Part shown: positions 30,903 through 40,228 of the stretch, piece after piece
How the letters are laid out: each line of letters starts with the position of its first letter
How positions within the stretch are numbered: position 1 is the stretch's first letter
Assembly (NCBI GenBank): GCA_964475905.1
Contig: CAYYXX010000003.1
Location: 1 to 45,259 of the forward strand
From: an uncultured Clostridium sp.
GTDB lineage: Bacteria; Bacillota_I; Bacilli_A; RF39; UBA660
Direction of reading: 5' to 3'
DNA length: 45,259 nucleotides
Notes under the pieces: generated by a model
What the model was told of the DNA's origin: nothing
Databases searched by the model: none
The model's input: the letters and a program-made list of their open reading frames with translations, nothing else
Made by a program: the position numbers and the translations under genes

Positions 30903-31697
30903 CTATAAAACATTGTTACTAGATTCTGCCTTTTTATAAATTTTATTTATGAAAATTGCTATTTTGTTAGGCCAAAATTTTTTTAACATTTCTAAATCTT
31001 CTTTAGTTCTCGTACCATCATTTATTATATCAGTAGTTGTTGTTGTTTCATCTATTCTATGACCCATCAATTTTTTTGGTATAAATATAAACTTTCCTTT
31101 CTGATTTGAAAGTTTTTCCCAAGCATACCAATCACAATTGCTTTTAAAATTTGAAGTAAAAACTTCTTTAGGGCAATTTTTGTTTACAAATGTAACTGAA
31201 GGGCAACAAATGGAACAGCCAAAACTTATAATTAATCTTTTGATGATTTTTAATCCATTTAAAATTTTAATTCTAATTGGTAATAGTAATATTCTTTTAA
31301 TCCTTAAATTATTATTAGTATATACTTTTTTTTCATTTCTAATTTCATAGTAATCACTGAATATAATAGTGGCATTTTTATATTTGTTATATTGTTCTAT
31401 AACACTTTCTGCATATGTATAATCATATATATCGTCTTGATGGGCAATAGTAACTAATTTTGACTTTACTGCTAATCTTGCAAAGTCAAAATCACCTCCT
31501 ATAGTAGTATGCCTTCCTACAAAAACATCAAGATTATATTTTTTAGCTATATTTCTTATATATTTATTATCAGTAGTAGTGGCTATAACAACATTAGTAT
31601 TTATACTTTGATTAAGAACAGACTTAATACATTCTTCTAAATAAGGGCTTTCTTTATAAGCTAAAACTACAAAAGTATGAATATTATTTTTGTTCAT
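30903..31697 (-). CDS. GT2 glycosyltransferase
   Basis: HTFVVLAYKESPYLEECI, IAHQDD, ICCPSV, DW. Confidence 0.85.
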   Translation of the reverse strand: MNKNNIHTFVVLAYKESPYLEECIKSVLNQSINTNVVIATTTDNKYIRNIAKKYNLDVFVGRHTTIGGDFDFARLAVKSKLVTIAHQDDIYDYTYAESVIEQYNKYKNATIIFSDYYEIRNEKKVYTNNNLRIKRILLLPIRIKILNGLKIIKRLIISFGCSICCPSVTFVNKNCPKEVFTSNFKSNCDWYAWEKLSNQKGKFIFIPKKLMGHRIDETTTTTDIINDGTRTKEDLEMLKKFWPNKIAIFINKIYKKAESSNNVL

Positions 31698-31724
31698 TTT
31701 TTCACCTCACTCCATAAACATTAT

Positions 31725-32705
31725 TCAATAATTTATTTTTTTCATTATTTTTAATAATAATAAAAATATATAAGTCAAATGTAATTTATGTGATAGCAAA
31801 AACATATTAATATAAAAGTTAATATATCTCTCTTCACCATCTTGAATTCTAAATTTTATTTTCTTTCTACCATACTTTTGATATATTAATTTTAACCAAC
31901 CAAAGTATTCTTTATATTCATTATATAATTCTTTAATATTAAGTACATGCCTTTGTACAAATAAATGCAAAACGGATGTTTTTAAATAAAAATATAATAT
32001 CATATCTGTATCTAAATAATCAGTATTAATAAACTCATCAATTTGTTTCATCATTACAATCATTTTATTTCTAGTTTCTTTATTTTTATTAATATTACGA
32101 GAAATTGAAGAAGTATTCCTATAATTATTATAGCCTGCATAAGAAATAATTTCTACTTTATCTGTACAAGATAAGGCTTTCATTAAGAAAATAACATCTT
32201 CTCCAATTTTGCATTCTTCAAATATGATATTATTTTTTTCCAAAAAGCTTTTCTTATAAAGTTTTCCCCAAGTGGCACAATACTTAAACTTAGACCATTC
32301 ACAAACTTTTGGAATATTTTCTTGAACTACTTTATCGCCATCTAAAACTCTATTATAACCACTAATTAGAATATCAGAATTTTTAATGCCTTTTACCATT
32401 GTTGAAATAAAATCTTTTTTTACAAAATCATCTTGATCAACAAATGTTATAAATTCTCCTGTTGCTTTTTTTAATCCTGTATTTCTTGCTGAAGATTGTC
32501 CACTATTCTTTTGACTAAAAACTCTTACTTTGTCTTTATATTTGTTTTCATATACCTTTAAAATTTCTAATGTATTATCTGTTGGACCATCGTTTACTAA
32601 AATAATTTCTATATTTTTGTAATCTTGAATCAACAAACTTTTAACACACTTATCAGCATAACGAATGGCATTATAAATAGGAATTATTATAGATACTTTT
32701 TTCAT
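31725..32705 (-). CDS. GT2 glycosyltransferase
   Basis: VSIIIPIYN, VNDG, SARNTG, FVDQDD, WGKLY, GED. Confidence 0.9.
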   Translation of the reverse strand: MKKVSIIIPIYNAIRYADKCVKSLLIQDYKNIEIILVNDGPTDNTLEILKVYENKYKDKVRVFSQKNSGQSSARNTGLKKATGEFITFVDQDDFVKKDFISTMVKGIKNSDILISGYNRVLDGDKVVQENIPKVCEWSKFKYCATWGKLYKKSFLEKNNIIFEECKIGEDVIFLMKALSCTDKVEIISYAGYNNYRNTSSISRNINKNKETRNKMIVMMKQIDEFINTDYLDTDMILYFYLKTSVLHLFVQRHVLNIKELYNEYKEYFGWLKLIYQKYGRKKIKFRIQDGEERYINFYINMFLLSHKLHLTYIFLLLLKIMKKINY

Positions 32706-33667
32706 ATTCTTTTCCCTCCACTACAATATACTTTTGAAAATAACAAAATTAATTTTGTTTTATGTAAAAAGATAAAAATGTAAATGAGTAAATGAATTTT
32801 TCTTTCTTCACCTTTTGGACAATGTTTAATATAGATATTTTTTTTATAATTAGGAATATTTGTATTTAGCCAGTTAAATAATTTAAAATACTCTTTCATA
32901 AATTCTTTGGATGTAGCAGTTTGTCCAGAATATAGTAAGTACCATATCAAATAACGAATAATATAATATTGATTTAATTCTACATTTTTAATACCTTGAT
33001 AATTAATTTCTGACATTAGTCCTAAAATATCTACATTTTCTTTAAATCCTTTATGTAATGTATTAGATAAAGAATTAGGATTATAAACATAATAATATCC
33101 TATATCATCAATTATCTTAATGGTTGGATTTTTGGAATATGCTAATAAATTAAAATAAACATCTTCACTAGCAGTAGTATCTAAAAATTCAATTTTATTC
33201 TTAACTAAAAATGATTTTTTATATAATTTTGATACTGGTCCAGTTACAATATATTTAGAAAACTCTTCATTTTTTAATTGTCTTTTAAACTCAATTTTTT
33301 CTCCTGTGATTTTTTGATAACCTCCAATAACTAAATCATAGTCACCTTTTTTTGAAGCATTATAATATTTTTCTACATAATCATTATCAATATAGTCATC
33401 ACTATCAATAAACATAATATATTTTCCAACTGCTTTTTCTATACCTTTATTTCTAGTTTTAGCTGGTCCCATATTATTTTGATTAAATAAGCGAACTCTT
33501 TTATCATACTCATATTTTTTCATTACTTGAAATGAATTATCCTTAGAACCATCATTAATTAAAATTAATTCAAAATCTTTAAATGTTTGCCACAATATAC
33601 TGTCAACACATCTTTCAAGATACATTTCAACATTATATACTGGTACAATAATACTAATTTTTGGCAT
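32702..33667 (-). CDS. GT2 glycosyltransferase
   Basis: ISIIVPVYN, INDGSKD, RNKG, FIDSDD, ED. Confidence 0.9.
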   Translation of the reverse strand: MPKISIIVPVYNVEMYLERCVDSILWQTFKDFELILINDGSKDNSFQVMKKYEYDKRVRLFNQNNMGPAKTRNKGIEKAVGKYIMFIDSDDYIDNDYVEKYYNASKKGDYDLVIGGYQKITGEKIEFKRQLKNEEFSKYIVTGPVSKLYKKSFLVKNKIEFLDTTASEDVYFNLLAYSKNPTIKIIDDIGYYYVYNPNSLSNTLHKGFKENVDILGLMSEINYQGIKNVELNQYYIIRYLIWYLLYSGQTATSKEFMKEYFKLFNWLNTNIPNYKKNIYIKHCPKGEERKIHLLIYIFIFLHKTKLILLFSKVYCSGGKRI

Positions 33668-34907
33668 TTAAATCATTCCTTTCTATTTTTTTTAAAGAAA
33701 TTATTATTAATCCAATGAAACAAACTAAACTAATTAACATTATAGCACAATATGATTGACAAGCTCCTAAAATTCCAGTAGATTGAATCCATAGATTAGA
33801 AAGAAGTAAAGAAATTACTGCAATTACACTATAAATTAATACTTGCTTAAAAATAACTCTCATAGAAATTAAAATGTTAGATAAAATAATTGTTATTCCA
33901 TACATAATTGCACCAATCATTACAATCATTAAAGATGTTTTATATTCTCTCAATTCAATATTATAAACTAATTCTAACACAGGAATTCCTAAAAAATATG
34001 CTATCAATAGAACAAAAATACTTATCAAAGAGATTACTGCTACCATTTTTTTTATTAAACTTTTAATTTCTTTTATTTGACGGTTTGTAAGGCACTCTTT
34101 TAATTTCATTAAAAAGGGATGTAATATAAATTGAGCAATTAAAACCATTACCGAAGCTGGCATAATAAGAATTCCAAAAATCGTACTAAATTTAGTTTCC
34201 ATATTTGCATCAATAACATATCTAGGAATATTCAAAATATACATTGTTAAAAATGATAAACTAAAACTAAAAAATCCTCTTTTAAAAATAATCCAAATAT
34301 GATTCCAATTTATTTTATTAAAAGTAAAGTATCTTTTGTTTACATTTTTAAAGTCATAGAATATCATTACTAATATATAAGTAATTAATAAAGCACTTGA
34401 AGATACAAAAACATTTTTAGTAATGAGATCGGTAATTAAAAAAATTATTAATCCAAATATATTCTTTATTGTAAATGACACTCCTACTTTATATAATGAA
34501 TATTCTTTTTGAAAAAAAGCATATATTACTTCAGAAAATGCTTCAAAAGTTTTTAATAAACATAAAGCTAAAATAATACTTCCTTTCCAAAAAGAATAGT
34601 TTTTTACCAATAAAAAACCAATTGAAATAAAAAGCATCATAATACAAGTAATAATTTTATGGACAAAATAATCTTTATCCATGATTTCTGAATCATCAGT
34701 AACTTGATAAACTCTACCTGAATAAATTCCAATCACATTAAAGAGGGATGCAGTAGAAAATGCAAAGGTAAAAATTCCAGCATCATCAATACCATTAATC
34801 CTTGTTACTATAATCATAAAAAAAAGGGAATTAAAAGCATTAATGCCTGAACCAAGTGTATTCCAAAATACATCTTTTTTCATATTTTGTTCTTTTTTTC
34901 TTTTCAT
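33654..34907 (-). CDS. Wzx/MOP-family flippase (GacK-like)
   Basis: About 12 hydrophobic segments, WNTLGS..VTRING..AG, PRYVID; located in the polysaccharide locus. Confidence 0.78.
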   Translation of the reverse strand: MKRKKEQNMKKDVFWNTLGSGINAFNSLFFMIIVTRINGIDDAGIFTFAFSTASLFNVIGIYSGRVYQVTDDSEIMDKDYFVHKIITCIMMLFISIGFLLVKNYSFWKGSIILALCLLKTFEAFSEVIYAFFQKEYSLYKVGVSFTIKNIFGLIIFLITDLITKNVFVSSSALLITYILVMIFYDFKNVNKRYFTFNKINWNHIWIIFKRGFFSFSLSFLTMYILNIPRYVIDANMETKFSTIFGILIMPASVMVLIAQFILHPFLMKLKECLTNRQIKEIKSLIKKMVAVISLISIFVLLIAYFLGIPVLELVYNIELREYKTSLMIVMIGAIMYGITIILSNILISMRVIFKQVLIYSVIAVISLLLSNLWIQSTGILGACQSYCAIMLISLVCFIGLIIISLKKIERNDLNAKN

Positions 34908-34925
34908 ATAATTAATCACCTAAAA

Positions 34926-35258
34926 CTATTTTCTATTTGTCTTTTCTTTTATAATAGCTAATTCTTGTCCTAATTCTACTACTTTTGTTTGTAACTCTGA
35001 TATTCTCTTACTATCTCTAAAATTAATGAATAAAAGAAATATTATACATAATACAAATAATAATGAAGGTGGATATGAAACGCCAAGTTTTTTTGCGAAA
35101 TAATCAATAGAATATGGGAATATGGATAATAAAAGCATAATAATAGATGCAACTATCCACCAGAAGCTTTCTTTTATAGAGAACTTTTTCTTTCTAACGA
35201 TATTAATAACATATAAAATGACAATAACTGATAAAATAATAAAATAAGTTCTATTCAT
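34926..35258 (-). CDS. DUF2304 small membrane protein (GacJ-like)
   Basis: Three TM segments, W.......FP......LGV.YPPSLLF, L.QELAI; overlaps the upstream GT2 gene. Confidence 0.85.
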   Translation of the reverse strand: MNRTYFIILSVIVILYVINIVRKKKFSIKESFWWIVASIIMLLLSIFPYSIDYFAKKLGVSYPPSLLFVLCIIFLLFINFRDSKRISELQTKVVELGQELAIIKEKTNRK

Positions 35259-35991
35259 AATTCTTCCTCCTCTTCCAACCAATGTTTTGAATTATAATGA
35301 AAAATATTGTATAAAACATATTAATCATATATTTTATTGGTTTTATAATTCCACCATGCATGCTTTCTCCTGCTTCACGAAGTCGCATTTTAACTGGTAT
35401 TTCTACTATTTTATAACCATTCATTAGCATTTCAATAACTAAGTTAGCATCAGGGAATTCTGGATATTCGCCCATTTTAGAATACTTTTCAATAACTTTT
35501 CTATTTAGGCATTGAAATCCTGATAAAGGATCCGCTATTTTTTGATGACAAAATCTTTTAATTAACCATTCAAATATCTTAGTTCCTACTCTTCTAAAAA
35601 ATGGACATGGATAGCCTGTGTCTTCTAAATATCGAGAACCTATGACTATATCGTAATTCCCTTTTTTGGCTTCATCTAACAATTTAATTGCTTCTTTAGC
35701 TATATGTTGTCCATCAGCATCAAACTGAATAACATAATCATAATTATTTTGATATGCATATTTAATTCCTGTTTGAACAGCCCAAGCATAACGCATATTA
35801 AATATACCATCAATGCACTTAACGTCATTTTCTAGAACTATCTTTTTAGTATTATCCTTAGAACAATCATTAATAACAACAATATCTGCAAAAGATGCAT
35901 CTTTTTTTATTTCTTCTAATACTTTCTTAATATTTTCTTCTTCGTTATATGCTGGTATAACAAAAAGTATTTTTTCACTATATTTACTCAC
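35251..35991 (-). CDS. Polyprenol-phosphate glycosyltransferase (DPM-synthase-like GT2, GacI-like)
   Basis: IPAYNEEE, INDCSKD, QFDADGQH, IGSRY, DPLSGF, R.AGES; GTG start after GGAG. Confidence 0.88.
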   Translation of the reverse strand: MSKYSEKILFVIPAYNEEENIKKVLEEIKKDASFADIVVINDCSKDNTKKIVLENDVKCIDGIFNMRYAWAVQTGIKYAYQNNYDYVIQFDADGQHIAKEAIKLLDEAKKGNYDIVIGSRYLEDTGYPCPFFRRVGTKIFEWLIKRFCHQKIADPLSGFQCLNRKVIEKYSKMGEYPEFPDANLVIEMLMNGYKIVEIPVKMRLREAGESMHGGIIKPIKYMINMFYTIFFIIIQNIGWKRRKNYE

Positions 35992-36035
35992 TTTATATCT
36001 TACTCCAATCAAAATATCTAAATAATTTATATTAC

Positions 36036-36476
36036 TTATAAAATTTTTCCTTCTTTATAACAATTATAAATATAACTAGGATTCTCATAATACATACTAC
36101 TATTATAATTATCTAATGGTTTTACAATCCATGAAGTCATAACTTTAATTAAGTTAGATACATAATTTTTGTCATCATTATCTATCATTACTATTAGTCT
36201 TTTATATATTTTACCAACATCGTAATAACTAGGTATTTTTTCTTTATAATTATAAGTTCCGTTTTTTATATTACAAATACTTATAAAGTCATCTGCTACT
36301 TTTTCTATGTTTTCATTATGATAAATATCTGCTAATTTATATATTTTATTTATATTATCATATCCTAATTTATCTACAATATATTTTTTACTATTTTTTG
36401 TAATTCTTGATATATATTCAATTAAACTACACGTATAAAATAAATTATTTTCATTACTAAAATTATATTTCATCAT
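36036..36476 (-). CDS. Conserved hypothetical protein, partner of DUF3990 (candidate antitoxin)
   Basis: 146 aa, LFYTCSLIEYISR...YH.ENIEKV..; overlaps the DUF3990 stop codon. Confidence 0.7.
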   Translation of the reverse strand: MMKYNFSNENNLFYTCSLIEYISRITKNSKKYIVDKLGYDNINKIYKLADIYHNENIEKVADDFISICNIKNGTYNYKEKIPSYYDVGKIYKRLIVMIDNDDKNYVSNLIKVMTSWIVKPLDNYNSSMYYENPSYIYNCYKEGKIL

Positions 36477-36927
36477 TAATCACCTTACTTTCAACAAAAC
36501 TTAAGCATTCTAAAGACTTATTACTACAAAAAGCTATTTGATGAGTTGGATGTTTAAATTTTGCAAGTTCCCAGAATGCTGCTCTAGTTATATCCCCATT
36601 TATTAAATCTGAAATATAATTATATACTTGGTCATCTGCCATGGCACCAATTACAATGTCGTAGTCATGTTTAATACCTGCTCTGCATGAAATAATAAAG
36701 TCTAACCATTCTTCTGTCATTAAAGTAAATTCTTTAATTTTTAAATTTTTATTTTCGCTATATTCATACATATTGACAATACTATTATCATATTTTAGAG
36801 CCCATCTTTTGGCTTGCTCTTCTATAATAGTACAATAAAATCCATCACCAAAATCTTTAGTAAACTTACCAATAACAATTTTAGGTTTATCAACTATGAC
36901 ATTACTTCCATGGTAAACTATTTGCAT
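36463..36927 (-). CDS. DUF3990 family protein (ADP-ribosyltransferase-like fold, candidate toxin)
   Basis: VYHGS, DFGDGFYCT...QA.RWA, WLDFI..CR, YDIVIG.MADD, HQIAF; AGGAGG RBS. Confidence 0.82.
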   Translation of the reverse strand: MQIVYHGSNVIVDKPKIVIGKFTKDFGDGFYCTIIEEQAKRWALKYDNSIVNMYEYSENKNLKIKEFTLMTEEWLDFIISCRAGIKHDYDIVIGAMADDQVYNYISDLINGDITRAAFWELAKFKHPTHQIAFCSNKSLECLSFVESKVINDEI

Positions 36928-36992
36928 ATACTATCACCTCCTATACTAATACTTTTTATCAATATGTGTACTTCTCAACTTCATACATTACT

Positions 36993-37021
36993 ATTGTACC
37001 AAAATTCTAACAAAAAGTCAT
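36993..37021 (-). promoter_or_regulatory. Candidate sigma-A promoter of the DUF3990 operon
   Basis: ATGACT-N17-TACAAT with TG extended -10. Confidence 0.5.
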
Positions 37022-37048
37022 TAGTTTTACTATTTAAATGAAAAAAAT

Positions 37049-37255
37049 AAAAAAAAAGATGCAATTCTTTATTATTATTGTATAACTGCTCCCTATTAGA
37101 AATTGAAGTTACTATATAAAAACTCCCCATTAGAAATTGAAGTTTTCTTAATACCGCACCCCAACAGAATAGGAAAGCTTTTACTTTTTACTCCCCATCA
37201 GAAATTGAAGAGCCATTATTATAACGATTAGCAACCATAATAAATTAATTGCATC
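37049..37255 (-). ncRNA. Candidate structured RNA of about 200 nt: closing stem, four hairpins, U-tract
   Basis: GATGCAATT (37255-37247) pairs with AATTGCATC (37066-37058), immediately followed by T9; encloses the repeat array. Confidence 0.5.
37089..37210. repeat. Array of four ~20-nt repeats with a 34-nt period and unique 13-14-nt spacers
   Basis: CTCCCTATTAGAAATTGAAG (37089), CTCCCCATTAGAAATTGAAG (37123), CACCCCAACAGAATAGGAAAG (37157), CTCCCCATCAGAAATTGAAG (37191). Confidence 0.9.
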
Positions 37256-37328
37256 AATATAAATCAAAATTATTTTTAAATACACTAAACCCTTTATATA
37301 AAGTTCTTAACCACGTATACTCTTATTG

Positions 37329-39365
37329 TTATATCCAATATCTAAGCAAAATAATTATTGCCATATAAATAAACACAACTAAATAATATAATGTTAAAAA
37401 TAATGATATATTAAATTTTGATAACCATTTTGTTACTTTTTTATTATATATTGGAATTAATAAGACTGGTATTATAGGTAAAAAATATCTTCCTTGTACT
37501 CCGCCAATAAACTTAAGTGTCCTAAATAAGTTTCTTAATTCTTCTATGTTATATTTTGAAACATCAGTATATCCTGTTACATATGCAGTCCATTGAAACA
37601 TGGATAGAATAATCAATAATATCATAATTATTCCTAAAACATACATAAAAATTATTTCTTTTTTTGTAAAAGGATTTTTACTTACAATCTGCTTGTTATT
37701 ACTTTTTTTAAAATTTAAAAAGCAAATAATGAAAATAGACGCCACTATAAATATTGTATATATATTTGATGTTGGAGTATCTAACCAACCAAAATCACCA
37801 GTTAGTTCTTTAATGTATCCAAAACCATATAAATTAATACTATTTAGAATTATTTTGGCAGAATAAACTGGTTCTAAAATTGCCGCTATTAATATTCTAC
37901 CATAACTTATTTCGCGCAATAATTTTATTCCTAATATACAAGCAATAATAATCACTGGTATTAATACTAGAAATATTTTTTTTCTATTTTTCTTAAGAAA
38001 ATTATAATCTATCTTAAATATATGAAAATCAATATCAATTTTAAGAAACGGTAACATAAATACCAACATACCTAATAAAATGTATGGTATTTTGATTAAT
38101 GCAATTATAACCAATAATGTTAGCAATATTATAAAGTCTTTCAATACAATTTTTTCTTTATCAAACTTCAAATAAAAAATATAAGAAATGAAATAGAAAC
38201 AAATTGGTAATAAAACTGCATCATACGAAAATGATCCCATTTGCTGTATACATATCGGAAGTAACATTATTGCCATCATTAATTCTTTTTTTATTGGCAT
38301 TTTCTTTAAAGCCTTACTACATACAAATGAATAAAATGTAACCGCTAAGAACTCCGCTAATGTAATGCTTATAATTATAGGTAATTTCAATATTTCGCCA
38401 ATAAAAATTCCAATAAACTGTGGAAAATGTCGTACTAAAGATATTTTAGGAAATCCATAACTTTCTTTAATTGATAATTTCTGACTAAAATCAAAATATT
38501 CTTCTATATCAACTTTTTCATGATAATTATGCATAATTCTAAGTGTATCTCCAAAATTGTTAGTTTCACTATAAAAATCAACATCCATATTCATTTCAGA
38601 ATACATCATATTAATATGTGTCATTTCATCAGGTATTTGATACAATGGAAACAAAACAGAAAATATTGAACCAACTATAACAGAAACAATAAAATAAACC
38701 TTAGGTAATTTGTCACTTGGTGCTTTATCTTTCTTTTTAAATTTTATCAATATATAATAAAATATAATTATAAGTATTATTATTAAAAACGAAATAATCG
38801 ATTTAGTTAATATTGTTTTTTTTGCTTCCTTAATATCCTTGTTATCATTAATTTCTATTTGCTCGATACTTATAGTCTTCCCTGTTTTCTCTTCATTATC
38901 AAATTCCTCTGTTGTACTGCTGATTGATACTTTGTCAATGTTGGATTCATTTATAACAAAGATTTTTTCACCATTAATAGATATTATGTAATCATCACTA
39001 CTATATTCTAACAAATTATTATTGGAATATAGTGTAAGTATAAAAGTATCAATTTTTGATTTATCATTTGTTTTTATTGATATTGTAGAAATATAATCAT
39101 AGTCGTCATTTAATTCAAGTAAATAACTATTTGTAGAAATGCCAATTGAATTTTCTTGTCCAGCATCAATTTTCTCATTAGATTTAATCACATCATTATC
39201 AATTATCTTTGATGAATAATTTTTATTATTAAATAACATAATATCAAAGATTTTTTCTATTTCTACTGTTTTATAAGTATTATAATTAATGGTAATTAAA
39301 GAGGAAAACATTACTATAATAACTAACATTATCACTTTAATCACTTTTTTATTCATTATATTCAC
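37329..39365 (-). CDS. DUF2142 GT-C-fold membrane glycosyltransferase (GacL-like) with an N-terminal extracellular domain
   Basis: PLYQIPDEMTH, LLP......S.SYD, K.PY, G.FGWLD, GVQGRYFLP; many TM segments. Confidence 0.85.
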   Translation of the reverse strand: MNIMNKKVIKVIMLVIIVMFSSLITINYNTYKTVEIEKIFDIMLFNNKNYSSKIIDNDVIKSNEKIDAGQENSIGISTNSYLLELNDDYDYISTISIKTNDKSKIDTFILTLYSNNNLLEYSSDDYIISINGEKIFVINESNIDKVSISSTTEEFDNEEKTGKTISIEQIEINDNKDIKEAKKTILTKSIISFLIIILIIIFYYILIKFKKKDKAPSDKLPKVYFIVSVIVGSIFSVLFPLYQIPDEMTHINMMYSEMNMDVDFYSETNNFGDTLRIMHNYHEKVDIEEYFDFSQKLSIKESYGFPKISLVRHFPQFIGIFIGEILKLPIIISITLAEFLAVTFYSFVCSKALKKMPIKKELMMAIMLLPICIQQMGSFSYDAVLLPICFYFISYIFYLKFDKEKIVLKDFIILLTLLVIIALIKIPYILLGMLVFMLPFLKIDIDFHIFKIDYNFLKKNRKKIFLVLIPVIIIACILGIKLLREISYGRILIAAILEPVYSAKIILNSINLYGFGYIKELTGDFGWLDTPTSNIYTIFIVASIFIICFLNFKKSNNKQIVSKNPFTKKEIIFMYVLGIIMILLIILSMFQWTAYVTGYTDVSKYNIEELRNLFRTLKFIGGVQGRYFLPIIPVLLIPIYNKKVTKWLSKFNISLFLTLYYLVVFIYMAIIILLRYWI

Positions 39366-40224
39366 CTTTTCTACCTTTTTGGTAATCTTTATATCCTTTT
39401 ATCATATATTTAATTTTTTTAATTTTATTTTTTTCAAATAATAAAACTTTAATAGCCTCTCTTTTTGTTCTTCCAATTTCTAAATTGCAATAAACGGGGA
39501 ATCTTTCATGATACATATCATAAATATAATGTCTATTTCTCACCATATAATACCTTCTTATTGCAGAATGATTAGAACTTGATTTTTTAAGCCAGAAAAA
39601 TCTATAAGTTTTAGTATTCCCTAAATGATGATTTAAAATTGCATTATTTAGTTGAACAATCTCATAACCATGACTTTTTAAGTTAAGGCAATAATCAAAA
39701 TCCACACAATCAATAAATAGCCAATCTTTAAAACCTTTTATCTTTTTATATATATCAAGATTAATTAAATTCCCTGAAGTCATTACCATCAGTGGAAAGT
39801 TTATGCCTAAAGTTGATTCAAATGTAGGTTCTAACTTATATGATGGTGCTACCAAAGCTATCTTTTTATAATTAATATCCAATAATTTTGATAACTCAGC
39901 ACTTTCTTTCAATGTTATAATAAAATCTTCCATTTTCTTTAAAGATTTTTTTTCAAAACTGCTATCTTGATCCATTGTTAAAAGCCAATCATAACCATCT
40001 TTTATTGCATTTTGTGCACCAATATTTAAAGCTTTAGCTATACCTAAATTTTTATTGTTAGGAATATATTTTATTTTTTTATTAAATGAAAACATTTTTG
40101 AATTATCTATATTCTCTGAATTATCTATTACATATAATTTATCTACATAATCAATATATGTATTAATGTTATTTACAACACTATCATTTGGATCAAATAT
40201 AACAACTATCCCTGCAAATTTCAT
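39349..40224 (-). CDS. GT2 rhamnosyltransferase (RfbF-like)
   Basis: IDNS, NLGIAKALNIG, LTMDQDS, TSG, LFIDCVDFDYC, H.LG, RRYYMVRN. Confidence 0.88.
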   Translation of the reverse strand: MKFAGIVVIFDPNDSVVNNINTYIDYVDKLYVIDNSENIDNSKMFSFNKKIKYIPNNKNLGIAKALNIGAQNAIKDGYDWLLTMDQDSSFEKKSLKKMEDFIITLKESAELSKLLDINYKKIALVAPSYKLEPTFESTLGINFPLMVMTSGNLINLDIYKKIKGFKDWLFIDCVDFDYCLNLKSHGYEIVQLNNAILNHHLGNTKTYRFFWLKKSSSNHSAIRRYYMVRNRHYIYDMYHERFPVYCNLEIGRTKREAIKVLLFEKNKIKKIKYMIKGYKDYQKGRKGEYNE

Positions 40225-40228
40225 AATA

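Noticed and set aside
37089-37210. CRISPR array (the repeat end AATTGAAG resembles the ATTGAAAN handle; the minus strand has AATTTCTA like Cas12a repeats)
   Set aside because: 20-nt repeats and 13-14-nt spacers are too short, and there are no cas genes in the window; kept as an unexplained array.
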